In this document: in pieces, positions 1-9,476 of the stretch
How positions within the stretch are numbered: position 1 is the first letter of the stretch
How the letters are laid out: the number at the start of each line of letters is the position of its first letter
NCBI GenBank assembly: GCA_026387775.1
Contig: JAPLLC010000220.1
Span: forward strand, 1,203 to 65,202
Length of the DNA: 64,000 bases
Direction of reading: 5' to 3'
Source of the DNA: Candidatus Methylomirabilota bacterium
GTDB taxonomy: Bacteria; Methylomirabilota; Methylomirabilia; Methylomirabilales; 2-02-FULL-66-22
Translations under genes and position numbers: made by a program
The notes under the pieces: model-generated
The model's input: only the letters and a program-made list of their open reading frames with translations
Told to the model about the DNA's origin: nothing
Databases searched by the model: none

Positions 1-2
1 AC

Positions 3-956
3 TTCCTCTTGCGGGAGATGGTGTTCGGCCTGGACGCCAACTTCAGCGAGGAGTCGCTGGTGGGACGGCTCAACGCCGACCTGGCCAACAACCTGGGAAA
101 CTTGATCCAGCGAACCATCGGCATGGTGGGCCGGTATCTGGAGGGCCGCATCCCGCCGGCCGGGGATCCGGTGACGGACGGGGATCGGAGCCTGCGAGCC
201 CATGCCGAGGCGCTGGAGGATCGCGTGGCGGCGGCCATGGGGGTGTTTGCCTTCCACCGGGCCCTCGAAACGATCTGGGAGTTTCTGGACGCGGCCAACC
301 GGTACATCGACGGCCAGAAGCCCTGGGAGCTGGCGAAGCGCGATCGGGAGGCCCTCGCCCGCGTCCTTGGCCATACCTGTGAGGCCCTGCGGCTCGTCGG
401 CTTGCACCTCTTCCCCTTCATGCCGCCCACCGCGGAGAAGATCTGGGCTCGGCTCGGGGTCGCCGAGCCGCTGGCCGAGGCGCGCTTTGCGGTGGCCGGA
501 AAGTGGGGCGCCACGCCCCTCACTGTCGCCATGCCGGGCGAGGCGCTGTTCCCCCGGGTCGAGTATGCGCCGGCGGAGGCGTCCCCTCAGACAGCAGTGG
601 CGAAGGCCGAAGCGGCGCCCGCAGCGGGCGGCGAGGTCACCATCGAGGAGTTCCGGCGACTGGATCTTCGCGTCGCCCAGATTCTTGAAGCCAAGGCCGT
701 CCCCGGCTCCAAGAAGCTGGTGCAGCTTCGCGTGAGCCTCGGCGCCGAGGAGCGCACGATCGTGGCGGGGATCCTGCTCGACTACCCGCCGGCGGAGCTC
801 GCGGGCAAGCAGGTCGTGATCGTTGCCAACCTGAAGGCCTCGACGCTCATGGGAGTCGAATCGCGAGGGATGCTTCTGGCTGCCGCCGGCGCCGACGGGA
901 AGCTCGCCCTGGTGACGCCGGAACGGCCCGCCGAGATCGGCTCGAAGGTGAAATGA
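3..956 (+). CDS. metG: Methionyl-tRNA synthetase, C-terminal part (5' end lies outside the window)
   Basis: The frame is open to the left window edge. The anticodon-binding helical region (NLGNLIQRT) is followed by an EMAP/Trbp111-type tRNA-binding C-terminal domain (VTIEEFRRLDLRVAQILEAKAVPGSKKLVQLRVSLG...VANLKASTLMGVESRGMLLAA). Confidence 0.85.
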   Translation, partial: FLLREMVFGLDANFSEESLVGRLNADLANNLGNLIQRTIGMVGRYLEGRIPPAGDPVTDGDRSLRAHAEALEDRVAAAMGVFAFHRALETIWEFLDAANRYIDGQKPWELAKRDREALARVLGHTCEALRLVGLHLFPFMPPTAEKIWARLGVAEPLAEARFAVAGKWGATPLTVAMPGEALFPRVEYAPAEASPQTAVAKAEAAPAAGGEVTIEEFRRLDLRVAQILEAKAVPGSKKLVQLRVSLGAEERTIVAGILLDYPPAELAGKQVVIVANLKASTLMGVESRGMLLAAAGADGKLALVTPERPAEIGSKVK

Positions 957-982
957 TTCGAGGGAGAGGGGAGCGGACACCG

Positions 983-2062
983 ATGAGCGAGTCAACGTAC
1001 AGCAGCACGGGCGTGAACACGATCAAAGAGGAGGCGGCCCTGGCCGGTCTACTCCGCTGGGTGGGGCAGACCGTGGCCTTCGGCCGCTGTAAACCGGTCC
1101 TGGACTTCGGCTACTTCGCCACGGTCCTGGACCTGGGGAACAACCTCGGCCTGGCCCTCTCCACGGACGGGGTCGGCACCAAGCTCCTGGTGGCCGAGAT
1201 GCTGGACAAGTACGACACCGTGGGCATCGACTGTATCGCCATGAACGTGAACGACCTCCTCTGCGTGGGGGCAGAGCCTCTCGCCATGCTGGACTACATC
1301 GCCGTCCAGGAGGCCGATCCGGCGATGCTCACGGCCATCGGGAAGGGCCTCTACGAAGGGGCGCGGCAGGCCAACATCTCGATCCCCGGCGGGGAGATCG
1401 CCCAGGTCCGGGAGCTGATCACGGGGATCCGGGAGGGGCGGGGCTTTGACCTCGCCGGGGCGTGCGTCGGCAGCGTGCCCCTGGACAAGATCATCGTCGG
1501 GCAGGACATCCGACCGGGCGATCTGGTCATCGGCCTGCCCTCGAGCGGCATCCACAGCAACGGGCTGACCCTGGCCCGAGACGTCTTCTTCAGCCGGGCG
1601 AAGATGCGCCCGGAGCAGCACGTGTCCGAGTTGGGCCGGAGCATCGGCGAGGAGCTGCTGGAGCCGACCCGGATCTACGTCCGCGAGGTTCTGGACGTCC
1701 TCCGATCGGGCGTGCAGGTGAAGGCCCTGGCTCACATCACGAGCGACGGGCTCACGAACCTTCTGCGCGTGCAGTCGGCGGTGGGCTACATCCTCGACAC
1801 GCTCCCCGACCCCCCGCCGGTCTTCCGGCTGCTGCAGCGACTGGGCAAGGTCTCGGACGAGGAGATGTTCCAGGTCTACAACATGGGGGTGGGCTTCTGC
1901 TTGGTGGTAGACCCGGCCGACGCGGATCGGGCCCTGGCCATCCTGCAAGCACACCGGACCGAGGCGGCCGTCCTCGGTCGGGCTGTCGCCGATCCGGAGC
2001 GAAGGGTCCGCCTGCCCAACGGCCTGGTGGGTCAGGGGAACGACTTCCGGCGGGAGTCTTGA
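983..2062 (+). CDS. purM: Phosphoribosylformylglycinamidine cyclo-ligase (AIR synthase)
   Basis: PurM signatures STDGVGTKLLVAEML and GIDCIAMNVNDLLCVGAEPL are present. The N-terminus MSESTYSSTGVNTIKEEAAL resembles canonical PurM starts. ATG 983 follows GAGGGGAG. The ORF-table start at 953 overlaps the metG stop and is less likely. Confidence 0.85.
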   Translation: MSESTYSSTGVNTIKEEAALAGLLRWVGQTVAFGRCKPVLDFGYFATVLDLGNNLGLALSTDGVGTKLLVAEMLDKYDTVGIDCIAMNVNDLLCVGAEPLAMLDYIAVQEADPAMLTAIGKGLYEGARQANISIPGGEIAQVRELITGIREGRGFDLAGACVGSVPLDKIIVGQDIRPGDLVIGLPSSGIHSNGLTLARDVFFSRAKMRPEQHVSELGRSIGEELLEPTRIYVREVLDVLRSGVQVKALAHITSDGLTNLLRVQSAVGYILDTLPDPPPVFRLLQRLGKVSDEEMFQVYNMGVGFCLVVDPADADRALAILQAHRTEAAVLGRAVADPERRVRLPNGLVGQGNDFRRES

Positions 2063-2097
2063 GCACACCGTCGTGGCGCCCGCCCAGGAGGCGCGAG

Positions 2098-3507
2098 ATG
2101 GCAACCCGGTTCGATGTCCTGCTGAAGAACGGCTGGGTGGTTGACCCGACCACGGGCCTGAATGGGGTGGCGGATGTGGCGGTGGTGGGCGGGCAGATCG
2201 CCGAGATCGCGGCCGATCTCGACCCCACCCGGGCGGACGAACTCTTCGACGTCTCGGGTGCCCACGTGGTCCCCGGCATCATCGATCTCCACATGCACGC
2301 CTCCGAGTGGCTGGGCGGAAAGTGGGGCCACAAGATGATGGCCCGGGTGGGCGTCACCACCGCCCTGGACATGTCCGGGCCCGTGGGCAGCGTCATGCGC
2401 ATGCTCCGCGACCACGGCACCGGCCTCAACATCGCGTGCATCGAGGCGGTGCGACCGGGCCTCACCGTGCGGGACAGCAACCCGGATCGGGCCGAACTGG
2501 AAGGACTCCTCGGCGCAGCGCTGACCGGTGGGGCCATCGGCATCAAGCTCCTGGGTGGCCACTATCCCCTCACCCCGGAGGCGACGGCTCGCGCGATCGC
2601 GCTGGCGAACGCCCGCCATGCCTACGTGGCGTTCCATGCCGGCACCACGAATCAGGGGTCGAACATCGACGGTTTTCTCCAGGCGGCGGAACTGGCGGCG
2701 GGGAACGCGGTCCACATCGCCCACATCAACAGTTACTGTCGCGGGGCGGTGCGGCCGCACATGCAGGAGACGGAGGAGGCCATCGCGGCGCTCATCGCCC
2801 ATCCCAACCTCCGCTCGGAGAACTACTTGTCACCCCTGAACGGCACGAGCGCCAAGTGCGCGAACGGCGCGCCGGAGAGCCGCGTGACCCAGCAGTGCCT
2901 GAAGGTCGGCGGGTTCCCGCCCACCGAGTCGGGCTTCGAAGCGGCCATCCTGGCGGGATGGGCGGAGATCAACCTGGAGGCGGGCGGCGAGGTGGTCCTG
3001 GCCACGGGAAAGCCCGCCGTGGAATACTGGCGGCAGCGGACCACCGACACCACGGTCAGCTTCCGGGTCAACCCGCCCGAGCCGCGATTGCGCCTGGCCA
3101 CCGCCAAGCGGCCCGACGGGCGGTTCGTGGTGGACTGCATCAGCACCGACGGCGGCGGGATCCCCCGCAACGTGATCGTCGAGATGGGGCTGGCCCTGGT
3201 GAACCTGCAAGCCCTCGGCCTGGCCGACTTCGTGCGCAAGACGAGCGCGAATCCGGCACGGATCCTGGGCTTGGCAAACAAGGGGCGACTGGCTGCCGGG
3301 GCGGATGCGGACATCACGGTGCTGGATGTGGCGGCTCGGAAAGCCGTGCTGAGCCTCGCCAACGGCGCGGTGATCATGCATCGTGGGCACGTCTGCGGCC
3401 AGGGGGGGCGGATGATCACGACGGCGGCGGGGCGGGGAGCGGTGGAGGCCGCCGGTTTGATCCCGATCGTCGTGGATGTGGAACAGGGAGGGTTTTATCG
3501 GTTCTAG
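2098..3507 (+). CDS. Amidohydrolase-superfamily metallohydrolase (substrate unknown)
   Basis: The N-terminal beta-sandwich (FDVLLKNGWVVDP...VAVVGGQIAEI) is followed by the metal-binding motif PGIIDLHMH and a C-terminal GADADITVLD-type segment. ATG 2098 is preceded by AGGAGG. The long ORF 1462..3507 is an upstream extension overlapping purM. Confidence 0.75.
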   Translation: MATRFDVLLKNGWVVDPTTGLNGVADVAVVGGQIAEIAADLDPTRADELFDVSGAHVVPGIIDLHMHASEWLGGKWGHKMMARVGVTTALDMSGPVGSVMRMLRDHGTGLNIACIEAVRPGLTVRDSNPDRAELEGLLGAALTGGAIGIKLLGGHYPLTPEATARAIALANARHAYVAFHAGTTNQGSNIDGFLQAAELAAGNAVHIAHINSYCRGAVRPHMQETEEAIAALIAHPNLRSENYLSPLNGTSAKCANGAPESRVTQQCLKVGGFPPTESGFEAAILAGWAEINLEAGGEVVLATGKPAVEYWRQRTTDTTVSFRVNPPEPRLRLATAKRPDGRFVVDCISTDGGGIPRNVIVEMGLALVNLQALGLADFVRKTSANPARILGLANKGRLAAGADADITVLDVAARKAVLSLANGAVIMHRGHVCGQGGRMITTAAGRGAVEAAGLIPIVVDVEQGGFYRF

Positions 3508-3581
3508 GCGCGGCGATCGGTCCGTCCGCGCCCGGCGCGTCCTGATCCCCGAAGGGCCGAAAGGCCCGAAAGGAGCGTGGC

Positions 3582-4880
3582 ATGTTCCTCAACATCATTG
3601 CCCTCGTGGTGACCGTCCTGACGTTTGCTGCCATCATCCGGAAGGCTGAAGTGCGGCTGGCCCTGCTGGCGGGCGGACTGGTCATGGCCGTGCTGTCCTG
3701 GAACCTGCAGGCCTTCTCGGAGGCCTTCACCAAGAGCATGACGGTGGCGGGCCTCATCAGCGTGATCCTGCCCGTCATGGGCTTCGCCGCCGTCATGGAG
3801 CTCACCGGGTGCAACGCCCACCTGGTGAAGATGCTCACCGATCCCCTGCTCAAGGTGCGGGTCATCCTGGTGCCCGGGGCCATGCTGGTGACCTACCTCA
3901 TCAACACCGCTATACCCAGCGCCGCCGGATGCACTGCCGCCGTCGGCGTGATCCTGATCCCGGCCATGATGGCCGCCGGCATCCATCCGGCCATGGCGGG
4001 AGCCGCGGTGTTCGCCGGCACCTGGGGGTCCGTGTTCAGCCCCGGCTCGCCCCACCCGGCCATGATCGCCAAGATCGCCAACGTGTCGGTCATCGACGTG
4101 ATCCTGGCCCACAAGACCGCCTCCATCACAGGGGCCCTCGTCGTGGCGGTACTCCTGTTCGCGGAAACCAAGCTGTTCAAGCAGGACAGGGACTGGACCC
4201 CCGAAAAAGCCGGGGCCGACCTCGGCAAGCTGGCGGCGGCGAAGCGGCCGACCCTCGAGAAGGTCAACTTCCTGATGGCGCTTATCCCCATGGTGCCCCT
4301 GGCCCTGCTCCTCATCACCGTGCCCGAGTTCGGCATCACGACGAAGATCCTGCCCAAAGGGCTCAGCGTCCTGGAGTCCATGCTGATCGGGAGCGTGCTG
4401 GGGATGCTGGTGACCTGGACCGGCCCGACCCGGGTCGTCACCGAGTTCTTCGACGGGATGGGCCGCGCCTATAGCTTTGTGATCGGCATCATCATCGCCG
4501 CCGGGGTCTTCATCGGCGGCCTGGAGGCCGCGGGCCTGATCACCTCCTTCATCGAGGCGCTGAAAGGCGCCAAGTCGGCGGTGCCGCTCCTGGGCACCTT
4601 CGGGCCCTTTATTGTGGCGGTGCTCAGCGGTTCCGGGGATGCGGCCGCCATCGCCTTCAACACGGCGGTGACCCCCCATGCGGCCCAGTTCGGCGTCACA
4701 TCCGTCCACCTGGGGAACATGGCCTGGGTCGGGGGGGCGCTGGGACGCAGCATGTCGCCGGTGGCGGCGGCCTGCATCATCGGGGCGGGCTTCGCCGGGG
4801 TAAGCCCTTTAGATCTCGCCAAGCGGAACGCGGTCCCCATGCTGGTGGCCGCCGTTGTGTTCATGCTGATGCAGGGCTAA
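3582..4880 (+). CDS. DcuC-family C4-dicarboxylate (anaerobic) carrier
   Basis: This is a polytopic membrane protein of 432 aa. Its C-terminal block GSGDAAAIAFNTAV...GGALGRSMSPVAAACIIGAGFAGVSPLDLAKRNAVPML aligns by eye with E. coli DcuC (GSGNAPFYAF...NLGRTLSPVSG...ISPFEVVKRTSVPVL). An AAAGGAG RBS is present. Confidence 0.8.
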   Translation: MFLNIIALVVTVLTFAAIIRKAEVRLALLAGGLVMAVLSWNLQAFSEAFTKSMTVAGLISVILPVMGFAAVMELTGCNAHLVKMLTDPLLKVRVILVPGAMLVTYLINTAIPSAAGCTAAVGVILIPAMMAAGIHPAMAGAAVFAGTWGSVFSPGSPHPAMIAKIANVSVIDVILAHKTASITGALVVAVLLFAETKLFKQDRDWTPEKAGADLGKLAAAKRPTLEKVNFLMALIPMVPLALLLITVPEFGITTKILPKGLSVLESMLIGSVLGMLVTWTGPTRVVTEFFDGMGRAYSFVIGIIIAAGVFIGGLEAAGLITSFIEALKGAKSAVPLLGTFGPFIVAVLSGSGDAAAIAFNTAVTPHAAQFGVTSVHLGNMAWVGGALGRSMSPVAAACIIGAGFAGVSPLDLAKRNAVPMLVAAVVFMLMQG

Positions 4881-4890
4881 TCCCGTAGGA

Positions 4891-5175
4891 TTCGGATCCG
4901 CCGTCCTCGCCGTGCTGGGTGGATCCGGGGATGCGACCACGCCGGCCTTCAACAGCGCGGTCACGCCTCACGCCGTCTCGTTCGGGTTCGGCGCCATGAA
5001 TCTGGGGAATCTGGCCAACATCGGCGGGGCGCTGGGACGCAGCATGTCACCCGTGGCGGCCGGCTGTATCATCGCGGCAGGGTTCGCCGGCGTGAACCCC
5101 TTCGAGATCGCCAAGCGCAACGCGATCCCGATGCTCATCTCGGCCGTCCTGGTGATGCTGCTCCTGGCTCGCTGA
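4891..5175 (+). pseudogene. Remnant of a second DcuC-family carrier (C-terminal ~90 aa only)
   Basis: The frame opens only at 4870, just after the stop of the full-length gene. It encodes SAVLAVLGGSGDATTPAFNSAVTPH...GGALGRSMSPVAAGCIIAAGFAGVNPFEIAKRNAIPML, which is clearly homologous to the last ~90 residues of the upstream carrier. It has no N-terminal membrane domain and no convincing start or RBS. Confidence 0.65.
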
Positions 5176-5220
5176 TCCGCATCCGCAGGGCGGGCCAGAA
5201 GGATGGGTGCGGATCTTCGG

Positions 5221-6159
5221 CTATCCGGCACCCGGCTTCACGCGGGCGCGGCCCCGGGGGCGGGAGGTCGGTGTCCGGAGCTGAAACTCCCGGGCCAGCT
5301 CCACGAAGGCGTTGAGGGCGCGCGAGACCCATCGGTCTTTGTGGCGGATCAGGTAGAAGTGATAGGCGATCTCTGCGTCTTTGAAGAGAACCCGTCGCAG
5401 CGATCCGTCCTGTAGCTCCTTCTTTACTACCTGCTGGGACAGGATCGCCATTCCGACACCTCGTCCGACGAAGTGCTTGATGGTGGATGTGCTGGCGGAT
5501 TCCATGATGACGTTCGGCGCGACCCCGTGCTGGTCGAGGATCTCATCGATGATCCGCCGGGGCGAGGAGCCTTTCTCGCGGAGGATCAGGGGCTGCCCGC
5601 GCAGCTCACGTAGCGCGATGGCCCGGCGGCGCGCAAAAAGATGGGTGGGACCGACGACGCCCACGAGGAGATCCGACATGATATGGCGTGCCTCCAACTT
5701 GGGGTGCGCGGGATCCTGCGCGCAGATGCCGATGTCGTTCTTCTGGGCCAGCGTGTTCTCGATGACCTGGCTACTGTTCCCGATCCCGATCTGAAAAAGA
5801 ATGCCGGGATGCTGTCGATGCAGGGCCTCCAGCAGCGCCGGCAAGTAGTAGTCTCCGAAGATATAGGTTGCATCGATCCGCAGCGTGCCCAAGGGGAGCC
5901 CCCGCAGGTCCGCCAGCGCCTCTTCGGCTTCCCCCGCCAGGCGGAGGATCCGGCCGGCGAACTCGAACAGCAGCTTGCCCTCTTCGGTGAGGGAGACCCG
6001 ACGGCCGACCCGGTCCAGAAACTTCAGACCGTAGGTCTCCTCGAGCCGCTTCATCTGCCAAGTGGCCGCCGGCTGCGTGAGGTTGAGCTTGGCGGCGGCG
6101 GCTGTGAAGCTCTTGGCGCTGGCCACCTCGTGGAACACCCGGAGCTGATGCAGGTTCAT
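5221..6159 (-). CDS. LysR-family transcriptional regulator
   Basis: The N-terminal HTH is MNLHQLRVFHEVASAKSFTAAAAKLNLTQPAATWQMKRLEETYGLKFLDR, and the substrate-binding domain has LysR length. It is divergent from the M20 peptidase/decarboxylase operon. A TTG at 6165 is an alternative start. Confidence 0.85.
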   Translation of the reverse strand: MNLHQLRVFHEVASAKSFTAAAAKLNLTQPAATWQMKRLEETYGLKFLDRVGRRVSLTEEGKLLFEFAGRILRLAGEAEEALADLRGLPLGTLRIDATYIFGDYYLPALLEALHRQHPGILFQIGIGNSSQVIENTLAQKNDIGICAQDPAHPKLEARHIMSDLLVGVVGPTHLFARRRAIALRELRGQPLILREKGSSPRRIIDEILDQHGVAPNVIMESASTSTIKHFVGRGVGMAILSQQVVKKELQDGSLRRVLFKDAEIAYHFYLIRHKDRWVSRALNAFVELAREFQLRTPTSRPRGRARVKPGAG

Positions 6160-6187
6160 GCACAACCTCTATTAATTGTCTTTATGG

Positions 6188-6203
6188 ATAATATAAACAT
6201 TAT
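6188..6203. promoter_or_regulatory. AT-rich dyad ATAAT-N6-ATTAT in the LysR/M20 divergent intergenic region (candidate LysR box)
   Basis: The sequence ataatataaacattat lies inside a strikingly AT-rich ~60 bp patch (6166-6225) in an otherwise GC-rich window. LysR regulators typically bind T-N11-A-type dyads in their divergent promoters. Confidence 0.3.
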
Positions 6204-6278
6204 GCATTTGACTTATGATAGAGGAGAGTGGGACCCTTGACAAGCGTCCGGGTACAGTCGGCCCGGAAAGGAGAGGAC

Positions 6279-7439
6279 ATGCCGGACATTGCCAACTTGA
6301 TGCTGAACCCGGCCGTGGCCAACGCCCTGGCCTGGGTGGACGCGCATGTCGCGGAGATCGTCGACGAAGCGATCCGGATCTGCGAGATCCCCGCCCCCAC
6401 CTTCGAGGAAGTGGAACGCGCCGCCTACGTGCGGCGCCGGTTCGCCGAGCTCGGGCTCCAGGATGTCACCATCGACGCGGCCGGCAACGCCCGCGGGAGA
6501 CGGCCTGGGACGGGCGGGGGTCCGGGGCTGGCCATGGCGGCCCACCTGGACACAGTGTTCCCGAAAGGTACCGACGTCAAAGTGAAGCGGCAGGGCACAC
6601 GCCTCTTGGCCCCCGGGATTGGAGACAACAGCGTGGCCATCGCCTCTCTCCTGGCCATGGTTGAGGCCATGAACGCCGCCGGCATTACGACGGCGGGCGA
6701 TCTCTACCTCGCCTCCGACACGGGGGAAGAGGGGCTGGGCGATCTCAAGGGCATGAAGGCCTTCATGGCCGAGGTGAAGGAGCGGGTGGGTGCTACCATC
6801 GCCGTCGAGGGGATGAAGGTGAACCGGATCATCCACGTGGCGGTGGGCAGCCGTCGCTACAAGGTGACCTTCACCGCGCGGGGCGGCCATAGCTGGGGCC
6901 ACTTCCCCTCGCCCAGCGCCATTCACATCATGGGACGAGCGATTGCCGAGATTTCGCGTCTGGAGGTCCCCACGGACCCCAAGACCACCTACAACGTCGG
7001 CGTGATCCACGGCGGGACCACGGTCAACACCATCGCCACGGAGGCCGACATGCTGGTGGACATGCGCTCCGTGGACACCCGGTCCCTGGCCGATCTCGAG
7101 CGGCGGGTCCTGGCCATCGTGACCAACGCCGCCAAGGAGGGGGATGGGCAGGCGAAGCTGGAAATGGTGGGTGACCGGCCGGCCGGCTCCATCTCTGCGG
7201 ACCACCCCGTCGTCCAGACCTGCCGGGCGGTCCACCGGGCGCTCGGGATCCCGACATTCAACGAGGCCTCCAGCACCGACGCCAACGTGCCGCTGGGGAT
7301 GGGGCTTCCGGGCGTCTGTCTCAGCATCACCGAGGGGGCCAACGAGCACCGGTTGGACGAGTACATCGAGACCGGCCCGATTCCGACGGGCGTGAAGAAT
7401 ATTTTGCTGGCGGCCGTGGCGCTGACCGGCAAGGGGTAG
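6279..7439 (+). CDS. M20-family metallopeptidase / deacylase (ArgE/DapE/PepT-like)
   Basis: The N-terminus ICEIPAPTFEEVERAAYV, the metal-site block AMAAHLDTVFPKGTD, GIGDNS, and GEEGLGDLKG are typical of M20 enzymes. ATG 6279 follows AAAGGAGAGG. Confidence 0.8.
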   Translation: MPDIANLMLNPAVANALAWVDAHVAEIVDEAIRICEIPAPTFEEVERAAYVRRRFAELGLQDVTIDAAGNARGRRPGTGGGPGLAMAAHLDTVFPKGTDVKVKRQGTRLLAPGIGDNSVAIASLLAMVEAMNAAGITTAGDLYLASDTGEEGLGDLKGMKAFMAEVKERVGATIAVEGMKVNRIIHVAVGSRRYKVTFTARGGHSWGHFPSPSAIHIMGRAIAEISRLEVPTDPKTTYNVGVIHGGTTVNTIATEADMLVDMRSVDTRSLADLERRVLAIVTNAAKEGDGQAKLEMVGDRPAGSISADHPVVQTCRAVHRALGIPTFNEASSTDANVPLGMGLPGVCLSITEGANEHRLDEYIETGPIPTGVKNILLAAVALTGKG

Positions 7440-7476
7440 ACCAACAGGCCGAGAAGAAAGGGGTCGGAGCGGGACC

Positions 7477-9021
7477 ATGAGCGACTACTTGACCACACTA
7501 CGCGAGCTTCGCGAGAAGGCGCTGAGGGGCGGCGGCCCGAAACGGATCGAGCAGCAACACGATCGGGGCAAGCTCACCGCCCGCGAGCGGCTGGCCCACC
7601 TCCTGGACGAGGAGTCCTTTCAGGAGTTCGGCGCTCTCGCCACCCACAATATCACCGACTTCGGCATGGGCGAGCAGCGGTATCCGGGCGATGGGATCGT
7701 CACCGGCCTGGGCAAGATCAACGGGCGCCGGGTGGCGGTCTTCGCCCAGGACTTCACGGTGATGGGCGGCTCCTTCTCCGAGGTCCAGTCCCACAAGATC
7801 TGCCGTATCCAGGACGTGGCCCTGGAGAGCGGCATTCCCCTGATCGGCCTGAACGACTCGGGCGGGGCCCGCATCCAGGAGGGGGTGCGAAGCCTGGCGG
7901 GCTATGGCGAGGTCTTCCAGCGGAACGTCCTCGCCTCCGGCGTGATCCCGCAGATCTCGGTCATGCTGGGGCCGTGCGCGGGCGGCGCGGTCTACTCTCC
8001 GGCGCTCACCGACTTCGTCATCATGACCCGCGACAACAGCTTCATGTTCCTCACCGGGCCGGAGGTGATCAAGTCGGTCACCGGCGAGGAGGTGACCGCG
8101 GCTACCCTGGGCGGCCCGCTGATCCACAACTGCCGAAGCGGCGTGGCGCACTTCGTCTCCGAGAACGAACACGCCGCCATCTTCCTGACCAAGCTGCTCC
8201 TGAGCTACCTCCCCCAGAACAACACCGAGGACCCGCCCAAAGTCGCATCCTACGATCCCGCCGACCGGATGGAGGAGTCGCTGAACGGGGTCGTGCCCGG
8301 AAGCGAGAGCGAGCCCTACGACATGCACGCGGTGATCGACGCGGTCTTCGACCGGGACAGCGTCCTGGAGGTCCAGGCCGGCTTCGCCCCCAACGCCATC
8401 GTCGGCTTCGCGCGTCTCGACGGGTACGCCGTGGGCATCGTGGCCAACCAGCCCGCCCACATGGCGGGTGCGCTGGACATCGACGCCAGCGACAAGATCT
8501 CCCGCTTCATCCGGATCTGCGACGCCTACAGCATTCCGCTCGTCACCTTCGTGGACTGCCCGGGCTTCCTGCCCGGCGTGGACCAGGAGTATCACGGGGT
8601 CATCCGTCACGGCGCCAAGATCATCTACGCTTACACCGAGGCCACGGTCCCCAAGATCTCCATCGTCACGCGCAAGGCGATGGGCGGCTCCTACGTCGCC
8701 ATGAGCTCCAAGCAGATGCGGAACGACCTGGCCTTCGCCTGGCCCACGGCCCAGATCGCCGTGATGGGCGCCGAAGGGGCCGTCCGCATCCTGTACCGGC
8801 AGGAGCTGGTCAAGGCGGCGGACCCGGCGGCCCTGGAACGGAAGTATGTCGAGGAGTACCGGCGGATGTTCTTCAACCCCTTCCGGGCGGCGGACCTCGG
8901 CCAGATCGACGAGGTGATCGAGCCGCGCGAGACTCGGCCGCGTCTCATCCGTGCGCTCGAGGTCTTGCGCACCAAGGTGCAGCAGAACCCGGCCAAGAAA
9001 CACGGGCTGATGCCGGTCTAG
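7477..9021 (+). CDS. mmdA: Carboxyltransferase (alpha) subunit of a Na+-translocating acyl-CoA decarboxylase (methylmalonyl-CoA decarboxylase type; PccB/AccD fold)
   Basis: At 514 aa it has the two crotonase-like carboxyltransferase halves (RVAVFAQDFTVMGGSFSE, GPCAGGAVYSPALTDF, IPLVTFVDCPGFLPG). It is followed by OadG-like, biotin-carrier and beta-subunit genes. The substrate (methylmalonyl- versus glutaconyl-CoA) is not resolved. Confidence 0.75.
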   Translation: MSDYLTTLRELREKALRGGGPKRIEQQHDRGKLTARERLAHLLDEESFQEFGALATHNITDFGMGEQRYPGDGIVTGLGKINGRRVAVFAQDFTVMGGSFSEVQSHKICRIQDVALESGIPLIGLNDSGGARIQEGVRSLAGYGEVFQRNVLASGVIPQISVMLGPCAGGAVYSPALTDFVIMTRDNSFMFLTGPEVIKSVTGEEVTAATLGGPLIHNCRSGVAHFVSENEHAAIFLTKLLLSYLPQNNTEDPPKVASYDPADRMEESLNGVVPGSESEPYDMHAVIDAVFDRDSVLEVQAGFAPNAIVGFARLDGYAVGIVANQPAHMAGALDIDASDKISRFIRICDAYSIPLVTFVDCPGFLPGVDQEYHGVIRHGAKIIYAYTEATVPKISIVTRKAMGGSYVAMSSKQMRNDLAFAWPTAQIAVMGAEGAVRILYRQELVKAADPAALERKYVEEYRRMFFNPFRAADLGQIDEVIEPRETRPRLIRALEVLRTKVQQNPAKKHGLMPV

Positions 9022-9074
9022 GGTGCGGGTGGCGGCGGGGCGGCCCCGTCCGCGACGCCGAATGAGAGGCTTCG

Positions 9075-9428
9075 ATGACATTGGCAGAGCGACTCTTCAC
9101 CGGTTTCAACCTGACGGTCCTGGGAATGGGCCTGGTCTTCCTCCTGCTGGCGCTCCTGTGGGGACTCCTCGTCCTCATGCTCCGGATGGATCGCGAGCCG
9201 CCGTCTGGAGCGGACGCCGCCGGCCAGAGACGGGCGGGGCCCTCCAGGCTGGCCCCGGAGCTGTTGACCGCGATCAGTATCGCGGTCCTGACACACCGAT
9301 CGGTCCTTCGCAAGCAGGCGGCGCCGGCCATGCGCAGCTTCTGGCCGGGCAGTATCCTGTTCGCCAGCCGCTGGGTCGCCGCGGGCCGTCATCGACAAAC
9401 GCAGAACTGGCATCCCGGCAACCGCTGA
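9075..9428 (+). CDS. OadG/MmdD-like small membrane subunit of the decarboxylase
   Basis: The N-terminal single TM helix is FTGFNLTVLGMGLVFLLLALLWGLLVLML. Its position between the carboxyltransferase and biotin-carrier genes fits this role. The C-terminal part is low complexity, so the end of the real product is less certain. Confidence 0.5.
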   Translation: MTLAERLFTGFNLTVLGMGLVFLLLALLWGLLVLMLRMDREPPSGADAAGQRRAGPSRLAPELLTAISIAVLTHRSVLRKQAAPAMRSFWPGSILFASRWVAAGRHRQTQNWHPGNR

Positions 9429-9476
9429 GCGATCCTTTCCGCGAGCATCCGCAATCCGGCACGAGGGAGATACACG

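Noticed and set aside
953-982. purM start at ATG 953 overlapping the metG stop (ATGA coupling)
   Set aside because: The extra MIRGRGERTP residues have no counterpart in PurM proteins. ATG 983 gives the canonical N-terminus and has a purine-rich RBS. The upstream start remains possible.
1462-2097. N-terminal 212 codons of ORF 1462..3507
   Set aside because: This part overlaps purM in another frame and is Arg/Pro/Gly-rich. The amidohydrolase homology begins at ATG 2098, which has an AGGAGG RBS.
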